DNA of 64,000 nucleotides from an uncultured Spirochaetota bacterium (lineage in GTDB: Bacteria > Spirochaetota > Spirochaetia > SZUA-6 > Fen-1364): assembly GCA_963753085.1 (NCBI GenBank), contig CAVWBF010000027.1, positions 10,382 through 74,381 of the forward strand, written 5' to 3'. The notes beneath the pieces are model-generated. The model did no database searches and was not told the DNA's origin. It saw only the letters and a list, made by a program, of their open reading frames with translations. A program made the translations under genes and the position numbers. This document shows, one piece after another, positions 17,317 to 26,010 of this stretch (position 1 is the stretch's first letter; each line of letters opens with the position of its first letter).

Positions 17317-18678
17317 ATGAAGGGAAAAAGTCTGAGCCTGGGGACGAAGCTGGGTTTCGGCGTCTGCGACCTGGGGGGGAACCTCTTCTTCACCATCATG
17401 GGGTTCTATCTCTTGAACTTCATGACGGACGTCGCAAAGCTCGGGGCCGGTCTCGCGGGGACCGCCATGCTGGTGGGCAAGATCTGCGACGCCATCACCG
17501 ACCCGACGGTGGGCTACCTTTCCGATCGCACTCGAAGCAGATGGGGACGCCGAAGGCCGTGGATGTTCTGGGGAGCGATCTTTCTCTTCTTCACGATGAT
17601 CCTCCAGTACACAAACCCGCACATCGAAAGCCAGGTCTGGCTTTTCATCTACATGGCCGTTGCGTATTGCCTCCTCACCACGGCCTTCACCATGGTGAAC
17701 ATCCCCTACGGGTCGCTCACCCCTGAGCTGACCCCGGATTTCGATGAACGGACCACCCTGAACGCGTTCCGCATGAGCTTTGCGGTCGTGGGGACGTTCA
17801 TCGGCGCGGGGCTCGTGCTGAAGATCGCGGGCGCCTTCTCCAGCCAGGACACCGGCTACACGGCAATGGCGGCCGTCATGGGCGCGGTCATGCTGGGAAC
17901 CTCATTCATCACGGTGTTCACCGTGAAGGAGCCCCCTCGAGCGCAGTCGGAAGCCTCCGAGCAGCAGGGAATCATCAGGACGTACGCCGCGGCCTTCCGG
18001 AACCGCCCGTTCGTTCTTGCGCTCACCGCCTTTGCCCTTCATATCGGCGGAACCGCCGTGATCCAGGGTGCGCTGATCTACTATTTCAAATACATCTACG
18101 GGGGGAGCGCCTCCTTCGAGCTTGCGCTCCTCTGCCTGCTGGCACCTGTGCTGATCTTCATCCCCGCGTGGACTTTCGTGTCGAAACGCATCGGGAAGAA
18201 GTGGTCATATAACATCGGCATGGGCCTTGTGGTCGTTGCGGTGCTGGCCATCTACCTCTTTGCGAGGCAGCAGGGACCCGCTTTCTTCTATATAGTCATG
18301 GCGATTGCCGGGATAGGGTTCTCAACGCATTACGTGATGCCCTGGTCCATCGTTCCTGACGCGGTGGAGCTGGACTATGCGGAGAACGGGGTGAGGCGGG
18401 AAGGCGCTTTCTACGGAGTCTGGAACTTCATGAACAAGGTCGGCGTGGCAGTGGCCAATGCCATCACCGGGTTGGTCCTCGGCGCCTTCGGCTACGTGGC
18501 CAACGTGCCGCAGACCGAAACGGCAAAGCTCGGCATCCAGCTGCTGGTGGGGCCGATTGCCGCTATCTTCTACGTGGCCGGCGTGATCGTCTTGTCCTTC
18601 TACCCCATCACCCGGAAATACTACCAGTCGGTCATCATGCCGAAGGCGGCCGAATGGGACAGGAAGCGAAAGCCGTAG
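17317..18678 (+). CDS. Glycoside-pentoside-hexuronide (GPH) family sugar:cation symporter
   Basis: 12-TM profile. DAITDPTVGYLSDRTRSRWGRRRPW signature of MelB/YicJ-type carriers. Confidence 0.85.
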   Translation: MKGKSLSLGTKLGFGVCDLGGNLFFTIMGFYLLNFMTDVAKLGAGLAGTAMLVGKICDAITDPTVGYLSDRTRSRWGRRRPWMFWGAIFLFFTMILQYTNPHIESQVWLFIYMAVAYCLLTTAFTMVNIPYGSLTPELTPDFDERTTLNAFRMSFAVVGTFIGAGLVLKIAGAFSSQDTGYTAMAAVMGAVMLGTSFITVFTVKEPPRAQSEASEQQGIIRTYAAAFRNRPFVLALTAFALHIGGTAVIQGALIYYFKYIYGGSASFELALLCLLAPVLIFIPAWTFVSKRIGKKWSYNIGMGLVVVAVLAIYLFARQQGPAFFYIVMAIAGIGFSTHYVMPWSIVPDAVELDYAENGVRREGAFYGVWNFMNKVGVAVANAITGLVLGAFGYVANVPQTETAKLGIQLLVGPIAAIFYVAGVIVLSFYPITRKYYQSVIMPKAAEWDRKRKP

Positions 18679-18688
18679 CGCCAATGGC

Positions 18689-19960
18689 TCAGCCGTTTCC
18701 CCTGATCCGCGTGCGATACTTCAGCGGCGGAACGCCCTCCAGAGCGGCGAAGGTCTTGGAGAAATGGCTCTGGTCGAAGAACCCGGAGTCCGAGGCGATG
18801 GCAGCGATGCTTCGATCCGAGTGGGACAGGAGGTATTTCGCAAAGTCGATCCTCCGCCGGGCGATATAGGCGGAGAGGGACATCCCGCTTTCCTTGTGGA
18901 ACAGGTGGAGCGCGCGGCTGACGCTCAGCCCGGCAACGCGGGCAACCTCCGCGGCTGACACCTTCTCCGTGAAGTGCTTCTGCACGTAGTCCCTCATTTT
19001 GGTCATGTGGGCCCACGCCTTGCGTCCCATCTCCTCCGAGACCGTGCGGTTGAAGTTCTCCAGGACCTGCGTCACTTTCCAGAACAGGTCGTCGAAGTTG
19101 ATGGCCGCGTTGATATCGGTCAGGTAGGAATAGCGCGGGCCCAGGAGGCCGTCAGCGCTGATGCCCTTCTCTATGGCGGCGCGGGAGATGATGACGATCA
19201 GCTCCAGGAGCCGGACCTTCAGCCGGTTGAAGTTCATCCCGGTTTCCAGGAGGATGGCCCCCAGGTAGCGGTTGATGATCTCGCGGGAGCCGCTCAGGTC
19301 TCCGAGGACCACCTTGTCGATGATCTCGTTCTGCATCCGCACGAGGGACGACACCAGGTCCTGCTTTTCCTTGCGAGCGTCGTCCAGGAAGTTGGCAATG
19401 ATGAATTGCTGGAGGCTGCGCTCGCGGCTTTCATGGATGAGGTCAAGGTCATTGGCCCCGTAGCGGCCGGTGAGGTCAAAGAGCAGCGCGGCGTTCCTGC
19501 GCAGGGTCTCCGAGGGAACGACGGGGAAGGGCAGCTTCGTGCGGGGGCCGACGCGCGCGCGCAGGCGGAAGCGGCGGATGGCGCGAACGACATCCTCGCG
19601 GATGTCCTTCTCCATCTGGGGGAGGATGGAGAAGCCGCTCACCAGACCGGCGGCGAGCTTCCTTTCCCGCGACAGCGGGACCGCAAATGTCACCAGCCCG
19701 AAGGGGCAGACGGAGATGTACGCCTCTCCCCAGCGGAAGGACTCCTCCACGGCCCTCCGCTCGTGATCCCTGCAGATCATTTCCCTCTTCGGGGAATCCG
19801 ACAGGAGGGCGCACAGCGGACAGTTGCCGGTGCCCCACAGCCTGCGCCCCTCGGTGTCGACAAGGAGGAGGGGGAGACCCGTGATGGCCCGGTATTCTGC
19901 CCCGAGCCCCTTGAGAGCGGTGAGATCGATGCCTGGTGGGAGCCCGCTTGTCGTGTTCAT
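18689..19960 (-). CDS. AraC-family transcriptional regulator with N-terminal PocR-like sensor domain
   Basis: Cys-containing PocR-like N-domain (CPLCALL...ICRDHE...VCPFGL). C-terminal AraC HTH pair (LSAYIARRRIDFAKYLL...IASDSGFFDQSHFSKTF). Confidence 0.8.
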   Translation of the reverse strand: MNTTSGLPPGIDLTALKGLGAEYRAITGLPLLLVDTEGRRLWGTGNCPLCALLSDSPKREMICRDHERRAVEESFRWGEAYISVCPFGLVTFAVPLSRERKLAAGLVSGFSILPQMEKDIREDVVRAIRRFRLRARVGPRTKLPFPVVPSETLRRNAALLFDLTGRYGANDLDLIHESRERSLQQFIIANFLDDARKEKQDLVSSLVRMQNEIIDKVVLGDLSGSREIINRYLGAILLETGMNFNRLKVRLLELIVIISRAAIEKGISADGLLGPRYSYLTDINAAINFDDLFWKVTQVLENFNRTVSEEMGRKAWAHMTKMRDYVQKHFTEKVSAAEVARVAGLSVSRALHLFHKESGMSLSAYIARRRIDFAKYLLSHSDRSIAAIASDSGFFDQSHFSKTFAALEGVPPLKYRTRIRGNG

Positions 19961-20059
19961 GTCGATTGAATAGCAGGATTTTACAAAAAACCGATCCGCA
20001 GTACAATACGCTTGCGGGTGGGTCAGGGGTGGCCTCGCCAGACCAGTTAGCTCAAATTC

Positions 20060-20087
20060 TTGACAAACTGGTCGACGGGTTCATAAT
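20060..20087 (+). promoter_or_regulatory. Sigma-70-like promoter for the Zn-ADH gene
   Basis: TTGACA (20060-20065), 16-nt spacer, CATAAT (20082-20087), about 20 nt before the ATG at 20109. Confidence 0.5.
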
Positions 20088-20108
20088 CCGGGAACAACGG
20101 AGGGTTCC

Positions 20109-21134
20109 ATGAAACAGGCCGTCATGACATCGCCTGGGGTCATCGAGTTCAAGGAAGTGCCGGCCCCGCAGCCGGGCCCGGGACAGGTTCTCCTGCGAAT
20201 CAAGCGGATCGGCGTCTGCGGATCAGATATCCACGTGTACCACGGGAAACACGCCCTCACCCCCTATCCTGTCGTCCAGGGGCACGAGGTGTCAGGTGTT
20301 GTAGAGGTGCTCGGCTCCGGGGTCAAGGGCTTCAAGGTCGGAGACCCGGTGACATTCCAGCCCCAGGTCACCTGCGGCACCTGTTACCCCTGCAGGCACG
20401 GCGCCTATCATATCTGCGACAACCTGAAGGTCATGGGATTCCAGACCACCGGCGCGGGCTCGGAGATGTTTGCCTTGGACGCCCGGCTGGTCCTGAAGCT
20501 CCCCTCGGGGACCAGCCCCGACCACGGCGCCATGGTGGAGCCGACGGCGGTGGGCGTGCATGCGATAACCCGCGGCGGCGGCGTGAAGGGGAAAAAGGTC
20601 CTTATCCTGGGGGCCGGTCCCATCGGGAACCTCACCTCCCAGGTTGCCAAGGGCATGGGTGCCGCCAGCGTGATGATAACCGACGTCTCCGACTATCGCC
20701 TCGGGCTGGCCCGGGAATGCGGGGTGGATTTCGCCGTGAACACGGGGAAGGAAGACCTCGCGGCCCGGATCCGCGACGGCTTCGGAGAGGAGAAGGCCGA
20801 CCTCATCCTGGAATGCGTGGGCGCGGGGGCTACCATCAGCCAGGCAGTCTCCGTTGCCCGCAAGGGGTCCGACATCGTGGTCGTCGGGGTGTTCGGCGAC
20901 AAGCCCCAGGTTGACCTGGGAACGGTCCAGGACCGGGAGCTGCGCCTCATCGGGACGCTCATGTACCAGGAGCCTGACTGGAGGAAGGCAATCGAGCTGA
21001 TCGGCTCCCGCAAAGTGAATCTCCAGCCCCTCGTGACCAACCATTTCGCGTTCGCCGACTACAAGAAGGCGTACGAATACATCGACGCGAACCGTGAGCG
21101 CGCCATGAAGGTCATGATCACGGTGCAGGAATAA
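20109..21134 (+). CDS. Zinc-dependent medium-chain alcohol/polyol dehydrogenase (sorbitol/threonine-DH-like)
   Basis: GVCGSDIHVYHGKH zinc motif, structural-zinc Cys cluster (CGTCYPCRHGAYHIC), GAGPIG Rossmann motif. Confidence 0.9.
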   Translation: MKQAVMTSPGVIEFKEVPAPQPGPGQVLLRIKRIGVCGSDIHVYHGKHALTPYPVVQGHEVSGVVEVLGSGVKGFKVGDPVTFQPQVTCGTCYPCRHGAYHICDNLKVMGFQTTGAGSEMFALDARLVLKLPSGTSPDHGAMVEPTAVGVHAITRGGGVKGKKVLILGAGPIGNLTSQVAKGMGAASVMITDVSDYRLGLARECGVDFAVNTGKEDLAARIRDGFGEEKADLILECVGAGATISQAVSVARKGSDIVVVGVFGDKPQVDLGTVQDRELRLIGTLMYQEPDWRKAIELIGSRKVNLQPLVTNHFAFADYKKAYEYIDANRERAMKVMITVQE

Positions 21135-21184
21135 GGAAAGGCGGCTGGCCCGGCTTGCCGGGAAACAGCCGATACTGGGAATAC

Positions 21185-22135
21185 ATGAGCCTCACGATTG
21201 ACGCTGATGAGCTGCAGGAGTTGGTGGCGCTCTGCGACGAGCAGGGGGTGCTCCTCTTCTGGAACAAGGCCGCCGAGGAAGTCACCGGCTTCCGCCGGGA
21301 GGACGTACTGGGGTATCACCTGGACTCCATTGTTGCCCCGGGGTCCCAGGCCGAGCTGCAAGCTATCTTCTCCATCCAGAAATCCGGGTCCATGCTTCCG
21401 GGAATCGCGATCCGGCTGCAGACCACGTTCGGCATGGAGATCCCGACGGATCTCATTTCCGTGCCACGGTATGAGTCGGGGAAGCTCTCGGGGTGGCTCC
21501 TCGTGTTTCGTGACACGACCCTCAAGACGCAGCTCCAGGAGCAGCTGGACCGGCTGGACGTGCTCTACCGGGGGCTCGTCGAGCATTCACCGGCCATCAT
21601 CTACGTCCTGGATGTCTCAGGCCGTACCGTCTTCATCAACGACTCGGTGGAGACCCTCCTCGGGTACAAGAAGGAAGAGCTGCTGGGGAAGGAGCTGATC
21701 GAAATCGTTCATCCCGATGACAGGCAGGTGGCCTATTGGCCCCTGCGGGAGCGGCGCAGATCCCAGCGCGCAACGAGAAACCTGCAGATACGCCTCACGA
21801 CAAAAGCCGGCGCTCCGCGCCAGTACGACCTGGATTTCATCTACATCTCCCTGAGCGCCTTCGGCCTCGGGCCGCAAATCCCCGGCGGGCCGAGCGGTGC
21901 GGTTCCTGAAAACCTCCAGGGAACCCAGGGAATTGCCCGCGACGTCACGGAGCTCGTCATGCTCAGGGACATGGCCCGTCAGGTTGGCCATATCCTCCCC
22001 ATCTGCTCGGTCTGCCGTCGCATCCGGGTCACCACCCCCAGCGCGGAGGAATGGCTGCCTCTCTCGGAATACGTATCCCGCAAGACCGGCATACTTTTTT
22101 CCCACACCTTCTGTCCCGACCACCTGCCGAAGTAG
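21185..22135 (+). CDS. Tandem PAS-domain signalling protein with a C-terminal Cys/His motif
   Basis: Two PAS-like segments (LLFWNKAAEEVTGFRREDVLG; IIYVLDVSGRTVFINDSVETLLGYKKEELLG). Tail is ICSVCRRIR...FSHTFCPDH. A TTG at 21155 is an alternative start. Confidence 0.7.
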   Translation: MSLTIDADELQELVALCDEQGVLLFWNKAAEEVTGFRREDVLGYHLDSIVAPGSQAELQAIFSIQKSGSMLPGIAIRLQTTFGMEIPTDLISVPRYESGKLSGWLLVFRDTTLKTQLQEQLDRLDVLYRGLVEHSPAIIYVLDVSGRTVFINDSVETLLGYKKEELLGKELIEIVHPDDRQVAYWPLRERRRSQRATRNLQIRLTTKAGAPRQYDLDFIYISLSAFGLGPQIPGGPSGAVPENLQGTQGIARDVTELVMLRDMARQVGHILPICSVCRRIRVTTPSAEEWLPLSEYVSRKTGILFSHTFCPDHLPK

Positions 22136-22209
22136 CAGGGCTTCAGAAGTAGCAGGGCTTCAGAAGGAGCAGAGCTTCGGAAGGAGCAGAGCTTCGGAAG
22201 GAGCAGAGC
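22129..22209. repeat. 17-nt tandem repeat, about 4.8 copies (2x GAAGTAGCAGGGCTTCA, then 2.8x GAAGGAGCAGAGCTTCG)
   Basis: Units read directly at 22129, 22146, 22163, 22180 and 22197. The array fills the convergent intergenic gap, and the first unit contains the PAS gene's TAG stop. Confidence 0.9.
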
Positions 22210-22216
22210 GCCGCCT

Positions 22217-22783
22217 CTACAGCGAGGCAAGCTTTCTCAGAAGAAGCTCCTTGTTGGTCTCGAACCAGCTTCGAAACTCCTCGAACTGTTCCGCGGTTTC
22301 CGACGCCGCCCCCGAGAGCACCAGGAGGTCGCTCCGCCACCGGTACCAGAGGCAGTGCAGGGAGTACGGCTTGCACCTCCGCCGCGAATGGCACTGGCTC
22401 TCCAGCATCTCCGCCAGCTCGATGTGGTTCGCGTCCCCCGCCACGTAGTACACGTCGTCCTCCGCGCAACCCAGCGCGATGCGGCGAAACCCCTCCGCCA
22501 TCGCGTCATCGTGCCGCCATCCCTCGATGGCGACGTCCTTCGAGCCGAGGCGCAGGTCATGCCCCTGGGACCTCAGGAGCTTACGCAGCGCCACGATGTC
22601 TTCCCGGACCGCCCGCGCCACCTGGGGATCGTTCCTGCTGCGAGAAAGCCGCTCGCGCCACCCCCTGAGCTCCGCGTCGTACTGCTCCAGCATCTTCGCC
22701 CTGCTGAGGTAGTTGGTCGTGTCGGAGAGAAGCCGCCATGTCGAGCTGATCGACTCGGCGAATCGGTTGAAGAACGTGGCCAT
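22217..22783 (-). CDS. Hypothetical protein (188 aa)
   Basis: ORF trimmed to ATG 22783 (MATFFNRF...) because the longer form overlaps the kinase gene. No family recognised. Confidence 0.45.
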   Translation of the reverse strand: MATFFNRFAESISSTWRLLSDTTNYLSRAKMLEQYDAELRGWRERLSRSRNDPQVARAVREDIVALRKLLRSQGHDLRLGSKDVAIEGWRHDDAMAEGFRRIALGCAEDDVYYVAGDANHIELAEMLESQCHSRRRCKPYSLHCLWYRWRSDLLVLSGAASETAEQFEEFRSWFETNKELLLRKLASL

Positions 22784-22882
22784 GTGGTCTCGGGTGAAAG
22801 TAGCCGCCCTGCCGCGCGCGGTCAAGCTTGCCTCTCCCCCGTCCCGGTGATACCGTCTTGCACCGGGTGAGGAGGTGAGGCC

Positions 22883-24391
22883 GTGGAGAAGAGCGCAAGC
22901 GTCATCGCGGTGGACATCGGGGCCTCCGGAGGCAAGTGTTTCGCCGGCGTGTTCGACGGGAAAGGATTCACGCTCCGGGAGGTCCATCGCTTCAGCCATG
23001 AGCCGACCACCATCTACACGACGGACAGATCCGGCGCTCCCGAGGCGCGCACCTTCTGGGACGCGCTGTACATCTACGCGCAGATCGTCCAGGGCCTGCG
23101 CGCGTACCGCCGCGACGTCGGGGAGACGGCTGATTCCATTGGCATAGATGCCTGGGGGGCCGACGGCGCCCTTGTCACCGAGGACGGGGTCACGCTGGGT
23201 CCCGTGTACTGCTACCGCGACCACCGGCTTGACGGCATGATGGACCAGGTGAAAGCCCGGGTGGACCCACGGAGGATCTACGAGATCACCGGGATCCACT
23301 TCCAGCCCTTCAACATGTCAAACCAGCTCCTCTGGTTCATGCAGAACAGGGCGGGGCTTGTGAAGAAAGGGGTGCGCTTCCTGCCGATCACGACACTGTT
23401 CTCCTGGTACCTCGGCGGGGTGACCGCCGTGGACTCCTCCTGGGCCAGCGTGACGCAGCTCATGGATTCCAAGAAGCGCAAGTGGAGCCGCGAGATCCTT
23501 CGCGCGCTCGGGATCCCCGCATGGCTCATGCCCGAGATCGTGGCACCAGGCACGCCCGTGGGAGAGATCCGCGCGGGGCTGGCGGATGCCGTCGGGCTGA
23601 ACCGGGCCCGCATCATCGCCGTGGGCTCCCACGACACGGCAAGCGCCTACGCGGCGGCCCCCGTGGGGAACCCGGCGAACGCCCTCATCATCAGCTCGGG
23701 AACATGGTCCCTCGTGGGAAAGCTGGTGCGAAAGCCCGTCACGAGCGAGGAGGCGATGGCGGCGAACATCAGCAACGAGGGCGGGATCGGCAACATCCGG
23801 CTCCTGAAAAACTGCATGGGCACCTGGCTCGTGCAGGAGCTGCGCCGCGCCTGGCGGGCCCGCGACGGCCGGGAGCTGGACTGGGAGGAGATGAACCGCC
23901 TGACGGAGAGGGGGACGCCGTTTGCCGCCTTCATCGATCCCGATGACCCCGACTTTTACAACCCTCCGAATATGGAGGAGGCCATCGTCGCCTTCTGCCG
24001 CAGGACGGGGCAGGAGGCGCCACGGGAACGGGGCACGATGTTGCGCGTCGTCTATGAGAGCCTCGCGCTGAAATACCGTGCCGTGGCGGAGCAGATCAGC
24101 ACGGCAAGCGGGAAGCCCAACTCCGTCATTCACATCGTGGGCGGGGGGTCGAAGAATGCGTTCCTCAACCAGCTTGCCGCGAACGCCTGCGGGGTGAAGG
24201 TCGTGGCCGGTCCCGAGGAGGCGACGGCCGTGGGGAACGCCATGGTGCAGGCACTGGGGCTGGGGATCATCGAGAAGCTTTCCGAGGCAAAGTCCATGAT
24301 CCGGGCCGCCTTCCCCATCCGCGAGTTCGCCCCGCGCGAGCGCGAGACGTGGGAGAAGGCGTACGCCCGGTTCAGGACTGTCGTCAAATAG
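22883..24391 (+). CDS. FGGY-family carbohydrate kinase, rhamnulokinase-like
   Basis: VIAVDIGASGGK N-terminal ATPase motif and GGGSKN near the C-terminus; 502 aa. GTG start after GAGGAGGTGAGG. Confidence 0.8.
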   Translation: MEKSASVIAVDIGASGGKCFAGVFDGKGFTLREVHRFSHEPTTIYTTDRSGAPEARTFWDALYIYAQIVQGLRAYRRDVGETADSIGIDAWGADGALVTEDGVTLGPVYCYRDHRLDGMMDQVKARVDPRRIYEITGIHFQPFNMSNQLLWFMQNRAGLVKKGVRFLPITTLFSWYLGGVTAVDSSWASVTQLMDSKKRKWSREILRALGIPAWLMPEIVAPGTPVGEIRAGLADAVGLNRARIIAVGSHDTASAYAAAPVGNPANALIISSGTWSLVGKLVRKPVTSEEAMAANISNEGGIGNIRLLKNCMGTWLVQELRRAWRARDGRELDWEEMNRLTERGTPFAAFIDPDDPDFYNPPNMEEAIVAFCRRTGQEAPRERGTMLRVVYESLALKYRAVAEQISTASGKPNSVIHIVGGGSKNAFLNQLAANACGVKVVAGPEEATAVGNAMVQALGLGIIEKLSEAKSMIRAAFPIREFAPRERETWEKAYARFRTVVK

Positions 24392-24395
24392 ACGC

Positions 24396-24440
24396 AAAAA
24401 AAACCGTTCGGGCGTGGGCCCGAACGGCTTTCGTACTTTT
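24396..24440. terminator. Bidirectional intrinsic terminator between the kinase and hsp20 genes
   Basis: A-run, then CCGTTCGGGC / GCCCGAACGG 10-bp stem (24404-24427), then a T-rich tract. Confidence 0.7.
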
Positions 24441-24460
24441 TCCTGTTTCGGCGGGGACTT

Positions 24461-24883
24461 TCAGCTCTTCTTCACTTCGATCATCTTGGGCTTCGCGGCC
24501 GGTGTCTTGGGGAAGCTCAGGTTGAGGATGCCGTTCTTGAACTCCGCGGCGATCTTTTCCCTGTCGATCCCCTCGGGAAGAACGAAGCTCCTTGTGAAGC
24601 TTGACGCCCTGCGCTCGCGCATCAGGTAGCCGTTCTTCTTCTCCTCTTTCTTCTCTTCCTTGCGGGAGGAGATGGTGAGGAGATTGTTGTCCAGCTTGAC
24701 CTCGACGTCCTTCTCGGTCAGGCCGGGGAGCTCGACCTCCATGAGGTATTCGGAGTCGGTCTCCTTGACGTCCACTGCCGGAGTGGAATGACCGAACACA
24801 GGCTCAGTGAAGATCTCGTCGAACCAGCTGGAAACGTTGTCCAGAAGGTCCAGCGTGTTGGGTGAATAACGGATAAGGTTCAT
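24461..24883 (-). CDS. Hsp20/alpha-crystallin small heat-shock protein
   Basis: Alpha-crystallin domain (VDVKETDSEYLMEVELPGLTEKDVEVKLDNNLLTIS), 140 aa, GGAGGTG RBS. Confidence 0.9.
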   Translation of the reverse strand: MNLIRYSPNTLDLLDNVSSWFDEIFTEPVFGHSTPAVDVKETDSEYLMEVELPGLTEKDVEVKLDNNLLTISSRKEEKKEEKKNGYLMRERRASSFTRSFVLPEGIDREKIAAEFKNGILNLSFPKTPAAKPKMIEVKKS

Positions 24884-24925
24884 ATCGCACCTCCAATTGC
24901 CTTTTGAAAATCTCGACTATATATC

Positions 24926-24942
24926 TGCAGGAAATGTGCCAA
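24926..24942 (-). promoter_or_regulatory. Sigma-54 (-24/-12) type promoter upstream of hsp20
   Basis: Minus-strand reading is TTGGCACATTTCCTGCA, against the consensus TGGCAC-N5-TTGCA. It lies 43 nt upstream of the ATG inside an AT-rich island. Confidence 0.55.
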
Positions 24943-25122
24943 GATCAGGTATTTTCGAATAATTCATTATGGACAAATAAATTAGAAGATAACTCCTTCA
25001 TCTGGCTTGAAGCCAGTAAGGCCTATAGTTGTATCATTTTGATCCAATTAGTCCATTTGTGGCCCATCATGATGCGTTCTGACGCACTTTTCATGATTTC
25101 CTTTTGCTGTTAGCGTCACCGG

Positions 25123-26010
25123 GTGGGCAAAAAGGAACCGTCCGGGCTTCTTTCATCGTTCGAAAGCTTTTCTCCAGAAATGAATCCGCGCCTGGTGCCT
25201 GCGAGCCCGTCGTACTGGCTGGCATGCCAGGGGAGCAGCATCCTGATCGAGGCGGGCAAGGGCGGGGCCGCCGGCTCAGAGGCAGCTTGCATTCCCCTTG
25301 CCGACGACCTGGCCTCACTCGGGCTGTCCGGCGGCGCCTCCCATCTCCTGGGAACGGCTGCCGGCCACCCGTGTCGGGCAGTGGGCATCCCTATCGGGAC
25401 TCCTGCTCCCGCCGGCCTGCGCTTCGAAGGCCTGCGGTCCCTTTTCGACGGGATGTCCTACAGCTTCTTCGCGCTGGCGGCGCGCGCTCTGGAGATCGTG
25501 GAGTGGGATCGCTCGCACCGCTTCTGCGGGACATGCGGCACGGCGACCATCCTCAAGGACGGCGAGCGCGCTCGGGAATGCCCTTCCTGCGGCAGCCTGA
25601 GCTACCCCCGCATCTCGCCGGCCGTGATCGTTGCGGTGGTGCGGGGCGACAGGATCCTCCTTGCGCGCGCGGCCAGATTTCCTCCCGGCCTCCACAGCGT
25701 GCTGGCCGGCTACGTCGAGCCGGGAGAGACTCTCGAGGAATGCGTTCATCGCGAAGTGCGCGAGGAGACGGGGATCGAGGTGACCAACCTGCGCTACTTT
25801 GCGAGCCAGCCGTGGCCCTTTCCTCACTCCCTGATGGTCGCGTTCACCGCTGAGCATGCCGGGGGGGAGATCGTCGTGGACGGCACGGAGCTCAAGGACG
25901 CCGCGTGGTTCTCGGCGGACGCGCTCCCCGAAATCCCCGGTCCGATGACGGTGGCCCGTCGGCTGATTGACTGGTTTACGAGCGGGCGGCCGGCATGGGG
26001 AACCCCATGA
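25123..26010 (+). CDS. nudC: NAD+ diphosphatase (Nudix hydrolase NudC-type with zinc ribbon)
   Basis: CGTCG...CPSCG zinc ribbon followed by Nudix box GYVEPGETLEECVHREVREETGI. ATG 25180 is an alternative start. Confidence 0.85.
   Translation: MGKKEPSGLLSSFESFSPEMNPRLVPASPSYWLACQGSSILIEAGKGGAAGSEAACIPLADDLASLGLSGGASHLLGTAAGHPCRAVGIPIGTPAPAGLRFEGLRSLFDGMSYSFFALAARALEIVEWDRSHRFCGTCGTATILKDGERARECPSCGSLSYPRISPAVIVAVVRGDRILLARAARFPPGLHSVLAGYVEPGETLEECVHREVREETGIEVTNLRYFASQPWPFPHSLMVAFTAEHAGGEIVVDGTELKDAAWFSADALPEIPGPMTVARRLIDWFTSGRPAWGTP

Noticed and set aside
22784-23299. N-terminal 172 codons of the 360-aa ORF 22217-23299
   Set aside because: They overlap the start of the convincingly identified FGGY kinase gene on the other strand and are compositionally junk. 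The ORF was trimmed to ATG 22783.
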